Assembly: GCA_002189035.1 (NCBI GenBank)
Contig: CM007992.1
Coordinates: 3,534,001-3,598,000 of the forward strand
Length of the DNA: 64,000 bases
Reading direction: 5' to 3'
DNA from: Utricularia gibba
Taxonomy: Eukaryota; Plantae; Magnoliophyta
The stretch's first letter is position 1, and every line of letters starts with the position of its first letter. The notes under the pieces were generated by a model that worked only from the letters and a program-made list of their open reading frames with translations, was not told the origin of the DNA and searched no databases. Below are positions 51,701-63,445 of the stretch, piece after piece. The translations under genes were made by a program, and so were the position numbers.

Positions 51701-52022
51701 AACCTCAGATAAAGCGATACCACATTCATCCGGGTCAGCAGGTAAACCACGCACCGAATATTTATAATCAGCTATACACCAAGTTAACTACAAACAAGAA
51801 ATCCTCATGATGGAAATGCAACCACAATCCACCAACGCAAGCAAAAAAACATTATCTGCACATCCAGGTACTTACAGTAATGATCGCACGAGATGAACGC
51901 ACAACGCCATCCAAGAAGCTTGAACGGTGACCAGGCTCGTCACTGGGCTTAAAAGAATGCGAGGTGATGAATGCTAAACCGGCGGCTGTAAACAGATACT
52001 TCAAATGCCCATATCTCCTCAT
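48787..52022 (-). CDS. ABC1/aarF-domain atypical protein kinase (ADCK1/5-like), about 16 exons
   Basis: NKGFYVKAGQF, FDEQPIAAASIAQVH, EVAVK|VQYPGL, DFIQEAKN, VLTMEFCEG, GFLHGDPHPGNILV and ILDHG. N-terminus MRRYGHLKYLFTAAG resembles an organellar targeting peptide. The 3' exon boundaries are less certain. Confidence 0.88.
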
Positions 52023-52797
52023 TTCGAGTTCGCCGACCGCGACCTCTACCCCATAGACTCCGTTAAAGAATTAGAATTTAGTAATCAAATTTCGAGTTCA
52101 TCTTTCGACTATCTATCTCGCTGCAATTCAGAGCTGAAAGCCCAGAAACTCCACCTATATCAAAAATCGCAGAAGAATGCAGTTTTTTTCTCCTGTAATT
52201 AATCACCGCACATAAACCCTAAATTCCTGAAAAAGTCCCCTAAAATAAAATTCGACCGTTACAAAATTTGATTTATCATCAAATTTATTTATTTAGTTTA
52301 ATTTGACTAGTTTCCACGGGTTTTTCAATCATTTTTTAATAAGCTTCCTCTAAAATCAATTCTATATAAAACTAATTTTACTTATTTAAATTGGTTATTA
52401 TATTTATATTTTATATAATAATATATCTAAATAAATGATCTAATATGGTACAACGAAAATATAAAGTATGATAAGAATCAAATCCTAACATATGATAATG
52501 ATGAGACGTACGTTCAGTAAGAAAGTTAAGTAATTTAATATTTTAATATTATACGATTTTTTTTGAAAAATGAGAGCCTAAGATCGTAATTACTAAATAT
52601 TTGAAATGTATAATATCATAGAAATATATAAAATATGTTTCAAAAATAAAAAAAATATTTACAATAATTTAATAATATCATATTTTAACTACATTGTAAC
52701 ACCTCATAAAGTCCAAAGTAAGTAAACCATTTGCGTTTTACAACTGGGGAATATGTCCTAAAAGAATCAATGCCTTGGTCTTTTCTCCATCGGCTTG

Positions 52798-52906
52798 CCG
52801 CGTCCACGCGACACGTCAATATCTTGGACGCGTTCGTTGACCAGGAATGGAATTTATTTGACTTTTATCTTCGCCCGCTAGTCCTAGACACCGACACGCG
52901 TGTCGG
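52798..52906. promoter_or_regulatory. Cluster of CGCG (CAMTA) boxes, W-boxes and a DRE-flanked palindrome upstream of GAD
   Basis: CCGCGT 52798-52803, ACACGTCA about 52811-52818, ACGCGT 52828-52833, TTGACC 52837-52842, TTGACT 52858-52863 and the perfect palindrome CCGACACGCGTGTCGG at 52891-52906. Confidence 0.65.
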
Positions 52907-53183
52907 CTACGGTTTGGATTCGTGGTGCTGTCGCTTCGCTTGTTCTTAGGCGTCGCGGCTACGTTTTAATAATACGCATTATGCGGACGGCGTATGAAAA
53001 CCGGGGGAGGTTCAGTCGGTGTTTGAATGGGATACAGCATTTCACCCAATCGGAGCACGCCATCTGGCATTCACAAATCGCTATAAATTCGGCGGAATTC
53101 CCATTCTATGAGCACCGCAACATTAAGCTTGTCTTCGCTCGATACTGATCTTCGCCGTCGATTGGCTACTTTTTCCGGCAGCC

Positions 53184-54924
53184 ATGGTTCTATCGAAAAC
53201 CGCCTCGCAATCCGACGTCTCGGTGCACTCCACGTTCGCTTCTCGATATGTTCGCAACTCTCTTCCGAGGTAAGAGAAGGAGAGATCTCGGGTACTTGTT
53301 TCCCGATGGGTATTTGCTTCCGATGGTTGATTTTGAATGTGAATTGGGTGGATAGGTTTAAGATGCCGGAAAATTCGATCCCGAAGGAAGCTGCCTTCCA
53401 GATCATCAACGACGAGCTGATGCTCGACGGGAATCCGAGGTTGAATCTGGCTTCGTTCGTCACTACTTGGATGGAGCCGGAGTGCGATAAGCTCATCATG
53501 GATGCTATCAACAAGAACTATGTCGATATGGACGAATACCCTGTTACCACTGAGCTCCAGGCAAGCAGTTGTGTATTCCCTTATATTTGTTTCAAGAATC
53601 CCTTACTGATTGATCTCTGGAATTGGGTGCAGAATCGATGCGTGAACATGATCGCTCATCTCTTCAACGCGCCGCTCGGCGACGGCGAGGCGGCGATCGG
53701 GGTCGGCACTGTGGGTTCATCGGAGGCCATAATGCTTGCAGGGCTAGCATTCAAGAGAAAATGGCAGAACAAGATGAAGGCAGCGGGGAAGCCGTACGAC
53801 AAGCCGAACATCGTGACAGGGGCCAATGTTCAGGTGTGCTGGGAGAAATTCGCCCGGTACTTCGAAGTCGAGCTAAAGGAGGTGAAACTGAGAGATGGGT
53901 ACTACGTAATGGACCCCGAAAAGGCCGTCGAATTGGTGGACGAGAACACGATCTGCGTCGCCGCCATCCTGGGATCGACTCTCAACGGCGAGTTTGAGGA
54001 TGTCAAGCTTCTCAATGACTTGCTGTTGGAAAAGAACAGGGAGACCGGCTGGGACACGCCGATCCATGTCGACGCCGCCAGCGGCGGATTCATCGCCCCG
54101 TTTCTGTACCCGGAATTGGAATGGGACTTCCGGCTGCCCCTGGTGAAGAGCATCAACGTCAGCGGCCACAAGTACGGACTCGTGTACGCCGGCATCGGGT
54201 GGGTCATTTGGAGAAGCAAAGCTGATTTGCCGGAGGAACTCATTTTCCATATCAACTACCTTGGCGCCGATCAGCCCACATTCACTCTCAATTTCTCCAA
54301 AGGTTCCAGTCAAGTCATTGCTCAGTACTACCAGCTGATCCGTCTTGGTTTCGAGGTATCGGCATTGCTATTTCCTCCTTGCAAGAAAACTTCACCACTT
54401 TGCTGCTACTACAGTTACTTAAACATGTGATTCATTTGCAGGGATACCGCAATGTGATGGAGAACTGTCAAGAAAACGCCATGGTACTGAAACGGGGCCT
54501 GGAGAAAACAGGGCGATTCAACATCGTTTCCAAGGACAACGGCGTGCCCCTGGTTGCATTCAGCCTGAAAGACAACCGCCGCCACAACGAGTTCGAGGTT
54601 TCCGATATGCTCCGCCGTTTCGGATGGATCGTCCCCGCCTACACCATGCCGCCGGACGCGCAGCATGTCACCGTTCTCCGAGTCGTCATCCGTGAGGACT
54701 TTTCAAGGACGTTGGCCGAGAGGCTTGTGATGGACATCGAGAAGGTCCTCCATGAACTGGACACCCTTCCTTCCAGGGTGACGGAGAAACTCTCCGGTGC
54801 AGCTCCCATCGAGAGTCACGCGCCGGCTGTAATCAAGAAAACCGCTATGGAGGTGCAGATGGAAATCACGGAGGCGTGGAGGAAGCTTGTCGCCGACAAG
54901 AAGAAGCAAGTCGGAATCTGCTAA
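53184..54924 (+). CDS. GAD: Glutamate decarboxylase with C-terminal calmodulin-binding domain, 4 exons
   Basis: [29 protein letters not shown]|[16 protein letters not shown]-lysine motif NVSGHKYGL and CaM-binding tail [20 protein letters not shown]. Exons 53184-53269, 53356-53560, 53633-54355, 54442-54924. Intron 2 is GC-AG. Confidence 0.97.
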
Positions 54925-55697
54925 AAAAGAGGAGAAAAGTTTCTAATTTCAGGAGTCGCCATCTCATTTTAATTACGCGTTTTGTCATATTCTTTATGTT
55001 CTATTTCGGGAAGATGGACCCCAGACCTGTGTGCTGAGAATTAATTCCTTTGTCTGCGATTAATTATGATATTTTTAATTTAATTACAAAGTATTTGATA
55101 TTTTTCAATTTTGTAAATAATAAAAATAGATATAAGAATATTGAAACTTTAAATGATAAAAAATCATCAATGTTTTAAATAATTATGTAAATAAAATGTT
55201 ATTTAAATATTATACTTAAAGATGATTATTTTTAGCATTAAAAAATAAAAAAATGTATATTTACGGATAAAAAATTATTTAAATTTTCCACAATATACAA
55301 AGAAAAGAAAAGAAAGTTTTTAAATCGACTTAAAATTGAGTTATAATCCAAAAAATTAAGAAGAAAAAAAGAATAGATGTTGAGGGTAGACTGGGAATTA
55401 AAATTACTTGGGGATAAATTGGTAATTTCAAGACATAAATGATGTATGTTATGTGACGTACGTCAATAATTTTATAGGGTTTTGAGTAGCACGTCTTCCT
55501 GGCTTTGCGTGTCTTAATGAGATTGGACTATACAACGGCGTCAAACTTCGGTTGCTTGGACCTTTCTCAGTCCTTGACCCCAATTTTATAATAATTTAAA
55601 ACCTTATAATATACATCTAAAATAATAAAAAATGAAATAATTTTGAACCGGTTGGATCATTTCTACGCCCCATTGAACCGGTTCATGGTTAAGGGAT

Positions 55698-56165
55698 TCA
55701 GGCTGCGGTCTGAACAGCTACCATGTTCGTCTTGCAGACAAATCCCTTGTTTCTCTTCGGAAGGAGCTTCGAAAGAAACCCGGTTTTCTTCCCTTTTCCG
55801 GCCTCCTCCTGTCTTCTTCTCCGGAACAGAAAGGCTGCAGATTTACTCTTTTCAAGGACAGAATCGTTCATTTTCTTGAATACTCTTATCGACTTCCTCC
55901 CCTCTATACCATACTTCAGTGTTGGGGATGCGTAGGAGGACTCGTTTGATGAGGAGGAGGAAGAAATCGACGAGCACGATGACGATGGGGACTGGGTTAT
56001 TGTTGATCGTGAGGATACACCGATCTGGGAGAGCTTTTCGCAGAGGCAGATGGAGCAAACGCCTGGAGACTGCCTGTGTTTGGGGTGTTTTCTGCATGCT
56101 GATGTTGTTTTGAATCTGCCCGTTGGTTTCTGGGCGGAGATGACGGTCTGCTTCCACGAATACAT
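55698..56165 (-). CDS. Short intronless DUF740-like (OCTOPUS N-terminal motif-like) uncharacterised protein
   Basis: CRKHPKHRQSPGVCSICLCEKL motif, a Ser-rich linker and a basic C-terminus (GFLSKLL). TATA-like sequence at about 56225-56236 on the minus strand. Confidence 0.75.
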   Translation of the reverse strand: MYSWKQTVISAQKPTGRFKTTSACRKHPKHRQSPGVCSICLCEKLSQIGVSSRSTITQSPSSSCSSISSSSSSNESSYASPTLKYGIEGRKSIRVFKKMNDSVLEKSKSAAFLFRRRRQEEAGKGKKTGFLSKLLPKRNKGFVCKTNMVAVQTAA

Positions 56166-56447
56166 GACGACGGCGATCGAGATGGAGATGGGGAAGAAGC
56201 ATATGAACGTGGAGAATGTGTATGTATGTATAGAGGGAGGAGGAAGAAGGTGCTTGGAAAAAATGGGTGCACAGGGACAGTTCTGGGAAGAATTGTATTT
56301 CTAGAATTCTCCTGATTTGCGAACACGTGGCTTTTAATTGTCATAAAAGTTAAGCTGACAAGATGCGCCACTCAGTTGAACACCAAAAACCAAATACGGC
56401 TGCAGAAGAGCTTAGAAACTTCCGGTATGCAGTTTGGCCGGCGGCGG

Positions 56448-57398
56448 TCATTTGGCAGACGCGGCTGCATCTTGTGTAGCACACTGAGAGACGTACGGCT
56501 TCAGCTGAAGAAAAGAAACAGCAGTAGCATAAGACGATAAAGAATGTTCACATAAGAATCTAACAAGCCCTGTAAAGTATTGCAACTCTCAAGCAATAAC
56601 AAGCAACGAGCAGCTGGTTTCTTCATGCACACAGTCATCAAGGAAATACATTTGGACCAAGACTTGGTTTGGTCCTTCTTTAAGTTCAGAGGATACTAAG
56701 TTAACCATCAATGTAAAAACACAGAGTAGGTTACATTTACTGAACAACAATCACATGTAAACTAGGATGCATTAACTAAAGAACAACCTTGAACCCAGTG
56801 AGATCCGGCACAACGTAGTTCGGCAGCTTTTCAGGCACCACGACATAACCACCTGCAGACTAACATCAATCAGTTTTCTGCCAAAGAATGTAGAGATTTT
56901 ATCTTCGTGTAGCTAAACTATCCTCCAACAATCATTCTTCTGTGTTATATAAGCAACAACCAAGAGTAGGTTGATCACATTATGAATTTAGGATTTTGGA
57001 TTTCAAACACATTTGTAACACCATGGATTCTACACCTCCAAAATTGCGGAACTTTAGCCCTTTAACATATCAATCACAAACTCCAATTCAGTTCGAAAAC
57101 ATGATGGAAAAACATGACCCTCAGGAATCGCACTTCTGGGGTGTTTTCCAACCGGAATGGCCAACAAACGAGGGAAATTAGGGAGCAGAACCGCCCCCAG
57201 TCAAGACAATTCTCCAAAACACACAACCCAGTAATAGCGATTAATGAATGTACCTTTCCGAGTATGAAAACCGGTGGGCTTGCAGTTTTTTCCCTTGTAA
57301 TACCCTCTTGGACACCTCTTCGATGTCAAGATATCTAGCGACGACGCTCGCTTTCTTCTGAACGCCCTTCCTATCCCAAGCAACAACCCTAGCGCCAT
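56448..57398 (-). CDS. Mitochondrial large-subunit ribosomal protein mL41 (L41/MRPL27 family), 3 exons
   Basis: MALGLLLGIGRAFRRKRASSLDILTSKRCPRGYYKGKNCKPTGFHTRK|GGYVVVPEKLPNYVVPDLTGFK|LKPYVSQCATQDAAASAK*. Exons 57398-57254, 56852-56788, 56504-56448. Confidence 0.9.
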
Positions 57399-57459
57399 TC
57401 CCGTACAGTTGATCTCTTCACACTAACCTCTATCAAATTTCAAAACACAGAACATAAAC

Positions 57460-57540
57460 GGGCCCAAAGCCCATCATGCAATCAACACTATTGGGTCTCA
57501 CCCAATGTTTCCTGAACATTATAAGTCGGGCTTTGGGCCC
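57460..57540. promoter_or_regulatory. Site II-containing 13-bp inverted repeat upstream of mL41
   Basis: GGGCCCAAAGCCC (57460-57472) and GGGCTTTGGGCCC (57528-57540) are exact reverse complements and carry TGGGCY site II motifs. Confidence 0.7.
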
Positions 57541-58427
57541 ACACACCACATCATATCAGACAAGGTCACATATAAGGGTCAATTTATAAACCCAAGTCAA
57601 ATATAAATGACTTATGGGATTATCACGTAAATAAAAAAAAAATAGTGTGTTCAAAAACACACACGTTATTCTCATGTTACACAATGATTTACTGTAAATA
57701 TTTGAAAATAACATATTTTGAAAAACACATATTACTTCCAAGCATCATTAAACTTCGTTATAAGTCCGACATGTGCGCATGTCTACATCACAATTAACTT
57801 GATATTTGAGTTTGATCATGTTGTGTTTTGATAATCTTTTTCAAATCAATTATAATTAAAAAAAATATAAAATAGAATATATTATTTTGATGGGTCATTC
57901 TTTTTGCCATGGACCATGTTGTCCATAAACCGCGAAACAAAATCAACGAAAGATCAAACTATCGTATATTAGAGATTTAGAAACCATAAATAAAGAATAT
58001 AAATATAATAATTGAAAAAAAACGAACAATTCAATCATATTTCTAATTCATCCAATTGTTAATTTGAATTCCGGTTTTCGAATGTAATTCAATTTTTAAT
58101 TTGGATCAATTTGTTGTTAGGCTTGAAATTGAACAAAGATGTGATAGATCAAGAAGCAGGATTGCATTACATTTACAGTTTTACCCTTTACACATACAGA
58201 AATGAGCGTCGTACTCTTTATTCACCGGTTACATGAACGGAGAATACAGAAGCAAAGGGGAAGATGAAGAAGGAGATCAAGTCTACGCAGATGTGGAAAC
58301 GGAAGAATCAAATGTCCAGGCGGGGCAAATGGGAGGGGGTGACTGGTTGATGCTTTTCCATTTCGACGAATGGTCGCCGGAATACTGAGGTGAGGACTTG
58401 GCATCACAAGGAACGAGTTAACCAGGA

Positions 58428-60933
58428 TCAGAACTGTAGGTTGCACGTTTCGTTGGAAGACGTTTTCCTGGAATTTGAATCACTGGGAGGTGCAGGAGAG
58501 TTCAAAGTCTGAAGAAAAGCTTTGAATTTGGACAGACAACATGCATTACCTCATGGGTTGCTGATGATCAGAAGCAGACGAAAAGGAGGAGGCTCCCTTG
58601 ACGCTTTGCGATTCTGCTGCGTCGTTCAATCGTAACCAGCCGTCGCGACTGCTGAAATCGATCACAAGCACAGAGGTTATGGTTAGGCAAGTCAAGAAAG
58701 GACTAAACCCAAGGAGTAGGAAAGGAAAACCCCAGTAGGACTAAGGGTTTCCCTGATTAAATCAACAGTTCATCATTGTGTATCCGACTTCTTCAGTTCA
58801 GACAACAGCAAAGCATGAGAGAAGAAGATGGAACTGAAGACAGTGTGAACTAGAAGACACTGCTGGAGCTTTGGTTCAACAAAGGCGTTACTAAATGATG
58901 CAATGATTCAGTAAAGTAAAAGCTTACACGATAATGGTCCTGCCTTATCTTATCCTAATTCATCTCTTTTTGGTTATGCAGTTTTCATCTCCAACTTTAC
59001 ATTCATCCATTTTTTTTTTCTGAAAGCCAATCAAGCCACGAACCCAATAGTGCAATCGGTAGTTACCAGATTGATGGTTAATGGACTCGGCCATCGAAAC
59101 TGTTAGCTGCTCTCATCTCACAAACACAGTGGGAAAACAAGAGGTGGACTCTTTATTTATCTCACAAGATCTTCTGACAAAAGGAGATGCTTCAATGAAA
59201 TGGTGGGCTTGAATTATGGTACAGACACGCAAAAGGAAAAAAGCTAAAGATTTCAGGATCATTATTCCATGATACTCTCCTTCTGCCATGGGAGGTGACA
59301 GACACTTAAGGCATATTCCATGTAGTATATCTGCTCATAACATGTCATCTGATTCGACTCGGGTTGGAAAACAAACACTCGCAAATAATCCATGAAATGT
59401 GCCTCTTTCCCTTGTATTTACCTTGAAGAGTTGCTCCAAAGGCTAGGAGTCGAGGATGTGTAGTTGAGATCGAACTCATGTTGGGGATCGATAAACTGCC
59501 GGACTCCGATGGAGGAGATGTCATCATCAACGGAGACTTCAGATTGCCCTAATTTCAGAAAAGAAAAAAGAGTGACATTGCTTGAGTTCTAAAGTCTTCA
59601 AATGGGAGTCGATTGTTAACTCTTAAACCTGACATTAAAAACTGCAAGGGCTTTACCTGAGGAAGCTGCAGGCTTGTCAGTGGTTTTGACAGTCCGATAC
59701 ATCTGCATGATAATGAGACAAGTTTAGAAGACGATCAAGAAATTAAATTATCAGTACTTATTACACTAATCCCATCTTCTTCTTTCTGTCGTGTGTAAGA
59801 ATTTTTGCTGTTAGGATAAACTGGAAACCCATCTTCTTTTCTGACAAGGGAAGAAGTGTTATTGCGAAATCATGAGTTTTTTTTGGTCCATTCTAAGAAT
59901 CTGCTGCTGCAGTCTCTCAGCCCTTTCTATCAAAACTCTTGTCCCAAGGCATCGTTCTTTTCAATTCTGAGCACTGGACTCATCGGCTACTGCGCGGAGA
60001 AATAAACGGAGCCCCGGAACAGAAAAGGACTTGACAGAGTGCAAGGTTTTTCTTTTTTTTTTTACCCAAAAAAAGTTCATTATAATTTTTATTGTTAATC
60101 TCTTCTGGATCTGAGTTTGGGTGTACCTGCAAATGGCTCTTAACATGCGCGAGAGTGAGATCCTTGACGTCCATTAGCTCCAGCACTGACTTCGGCGTTG
60201 CTCCTGGAAACCAGAGCATAAAACCAGTGAATACCCACGACGGTGTAATCGGAAAGAAGGAACAATATTACGGAATACTACTTTCATGGCCGCCGAGGAG
60301 CTCCACTGCATGAACAAAGCGAGCGTGAAGGCTGCTTGTCCATCTCATTCTAGGAGCTCTCATGCTCCGTTTGGGGGGCATCTTGGGGACGAATCTTGAT
60401 CTCAATATTCCATGATGTGGCGGGGGTGTCTCGGGGATGAGACCCACACCGTAGTGGTGTGGTTGCAGTACGGAGAATCTGGAGCGGTACGGTGCGACGG
60501 CAGGAGGGTTGCGATCGAAACCACAGCCGGCGTAAGGATGAGAACCGGAATGATAGAATCTGTTAGGAACTACGGCGGCGAAATTGGAAAAGGGAAGTAA
60601 ATCGAGGCAGCCCATGCTGGGATCTTTCTCGAAGGGGAACTGGGGATTCGATGGGTACACCGGAATCCCCTTTATCGGTCGGATTCCATGGTAATGGCTC
60701 TGAAAACTTTGCTGATAAGGGTTTTTCTCCTTTTCGCTCTTCGGCGCCTCAGTCGTCTGCCTTGTGGCGAGGGAGAGTTCCGTACCAGGGTCAAAAGTGT
60801 GAAGAGAAAGACTTGTTTTCGAAGCACAGATCTTTGAAGAAGAAGAATCACCACAGGTCGGGAGACTAATTTGGAGCGACAGATCAGGAATATGACTGGA
60901 AGAGAGCTCCAAGAAAACACCATCAATGGACAT
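58428..60933 (-). CDS. KAN1: KANADI1-like GARP transcription factor; last-exon frame uncertain
   Basis: MSIDGVFLE...PDLSLQISLP, RPIKGIPVY, RSRFVPKMPPKRSMRAPRMRWTSSLHARFVHAVELLGGHE|RATPKSVLELMDVKDLTLAHVKSHLQ|MYRTVKTTDKPAASS, LWSNSS|SSRDGWL. The N-terminus matches recalled KAN1 (MSMEGVFLE). As assembled the frame stops at 58502 (spliced) or 58546 (unspliced). Confidence 0.85.
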
Positions 60934-62130
60934 TTTTTTTCTTCTTTACAGACTGGATTTGCAGTTGCAGCACCAGAAGAAGCAGCGATACACGTATGAC
61001 CCCAAAAGCAAAAAGCTTCTACCTTTGAAAAGGCGACGGAACGAATCGGTTTCAAAAGACGAAAACACTATACAAATATGCAGCAAAAAAGGAGCAAGAA
61101 CTACAATTATGAACCCAGAAAAACGAAGCAGCTGCCACAGCAGATCATCCCTTCCGGGAAGCACTGAACCGAAGAAGAGCAGTGAAGACAACTCCGATGG
61201 ACCGGAGGGAGTATCAGAAACACAAAGAAACAAGTTAACTGGGAACTGTATAATGTGTGGGTGGGGATGCGGTGTTTGGTTTTCGCTTCTCGAGACTCCA
61301 CCTCGATATGTATTTCAAGCACATTTAATTGAAAATACATTAATATATTCATAATATCCATCCCTTACTTATTATTCCACTTTAATTCAACAAAATAACA
61401 CCTAAATTCACATGAAAATACTCAAAAAAACCCTAATTTTGAAACCACAAGCATTACAATTTTTGTTAGGGCATAATTTTCGATCCCAAAAGGGTAATTT
61501 CACATGCCCTAATTATTACATCAGTCTCTTTTTTTAGAACATTTTCGGATTTTTTTTACAAAAGTGGATATCCTCGCACTATATCATACACCCAGTTAAA
61601 AAATTTTAATTGAGAATATCTAATTTTTTTTTCATACATTTCATCAAGGATAACTAAATTTGTAATACATTTGAATATTTTCCAGAAAATATAAATAAAT
61701 AATTCTAACACGAAATGACAGAGAGTTATGAGTAGTTGACAATTGAGTATTATTACATCGCTTTTAAATATTATATTATTCGTTATTATATAATATTAAT
61801 TAAAACACAGGGAGTGAATTGGAGGTGGGCCCCGATTCCGAAAACGAAGGCGTTCTTTTAAAATATAACTGCTCCGCTCTTCATTATATTTGTGATTTAT
61901 TTGTTAATCATCTTTATCAAAATTCTCTTATTCTATTAATTTTTTTAATAGAAAATTAAATATTTTTTCATTTATTGTAAAAAAAATATAACCATAAATG
62001 GAATATAAATAACTTATTTCTCATTTGATATTTTTAAATTCCCTTAGTTCTTTTTTATTCACAATAAAAAATAATAATTGCATAAGTGACATATTCTTAT
62101 TGCATCCACATATCGTTATTAAAACATTTA

Positions 62131-62289
62131 GGGTGTGTTTGATGGATTGTTTGAAATTCTAATTATGTGGTTTGGAATAAAATATATTTTATATATTTAC
62201 ATTTAAAATACGTTTTTAAATAAACGTATTAGGTTTGATTTAAAAGTGATTACCGAATATTTGTATTAAGTAAAACAACTTCATACACC
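62131..62289. mobile_element. Possible decayed Tourist-like MITE
   Basis: The left end TTA|GGGTGTGTTTG is a typical Tourist terminus. The right end has only a degenerate match (catacacc near 62282-62289) and no clean TSD. Confidence 0.25.
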
Positions 62290-63050
62290 AACTCAAAAAT
62301 ATCAACCAAAAACCATCTTTACAATATAGTTAAATCCCGTAACAAAAAACGCCCTAATGGCAACCAAGTGAAATTGTTGGTTTTTGTGGGTACAAAGTGA
62401 AATTGTTGGAAAATTGACTTAACCATGGTTAGGGTGCCTGCGTGTTTCCACTCCTTATTAACTCGCATTTATCTGCCCTCTGTTTTACTTTGTTTTTTTA
62501 CCGTCTCCCAAAACGCTAGGCCGATGGAAAACAGCCTCTCGTGAATGAAGGAGTTCAGGTTTTCAACAGCCGGTTTAATTGCTGGGGGCTCGAGTTACTG
62601 CGGTTAAATAAAATGCGACGACCAGTCTAGTGGAATTACTGGGGGAGTTAATTTTTGGTATATTAATTCAATATTTGATTATACGAAATATTTTACGAAA
62701 ATTATTTCTATTTATGTTATTTTCGTATGAGAAATCGTTCGTATTTGTTTGATAACAAAACTGCTATAATGGAATGGAGTTTCTTGTATTGCAAGGTGGG
62801 TTATATAATGATTTTCCAGTGGTGGGCATAGTCGTCACCAGCATACGGTCGTTAAGAGGACATATATATTATGATTTGGGACTTATGCATTGATGCAAAA
62901 GATATTAGAGCCAAACCCGACTCTATAACTGATGGTGAGGCAAACCTCAAAGAGGATATTGAATTTTCAAAGAGAAGGGAAGGGCCTGATCTAAAGAAGC
63001 ATATAAGAACTTAAGATAAATCCCATATCGTTTAGGGCGCGTTTGGTTGC

Positions 63051-63080
63051 TGGGTTGCGACGTGGGTTGCGACGTGGGTT
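63051..63080. repeat. Subterminal tandem repeat (TGGGTTGCGACG) x2.5 in the MITE
   Basis: tgggttgcgacg tgggttgcgacg tgggtt. Confidence 0.9.
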
Positions 63081-63375
63081 TAGACATAAAATCATGTTTG
63101 GTTCGTCGGTTTCAGTTGGGTAAAAAAAAACCCACCTTTTAACCATAAACAAGGTAGTAACCCATGGAGGTGGGTTTAGCTAAACTCAAGGGGGAGGGGG
63201 GGGGGGGTAGGTTTAGCTAAAACCATCTCGGCACTTCCATTTTTGCTCTCATATGAACCATATTTGAACGTAGATTTATTAGAAACCAAATGCACAGATC
63301 TATTTACCAATTTTTTTGAAAGTTAAAATTCCATAGATCTGTAGCATATTTATTCATATATGTTCAAATCTGTTG

Positions 63376-63445
63376 AAGAAGAAGAAGAAGAAGAAAATGA
63401 AGAAGAAAAAGAAGAAAAAATAAAGAAGAAAAAGATGAAGATGAA
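63376..63445. repeat. Imperfect (GAA)n purine-rich microsatellite within the MITE
   Basis: gaagaagaagaagaagaagaaaatgaagaagaaaaagaagaaaaaataaagaagaaaaagatgaagatg. Confidence 0.85.

Noticed and set aside
53623-54313. Long antisense and alternative-frame ORFs over GAD (53623-53997, 53873-54313, 53902-54255)
   Set aside because: Shadow ORFs produced by GC-rich codon usage in the GAD exon; no recognisable product.
55644-55684. Repeated TGAACCGGTT motif
   Set aside because: Two 10-bp copies at the end of a 3' UTR are too little to assign a function or element.
60946-61361. ORFs in the KAN1 leader region
   Set aside because: One begins at TTG and the other probably begins upstream of the TSS; no homology recognised.
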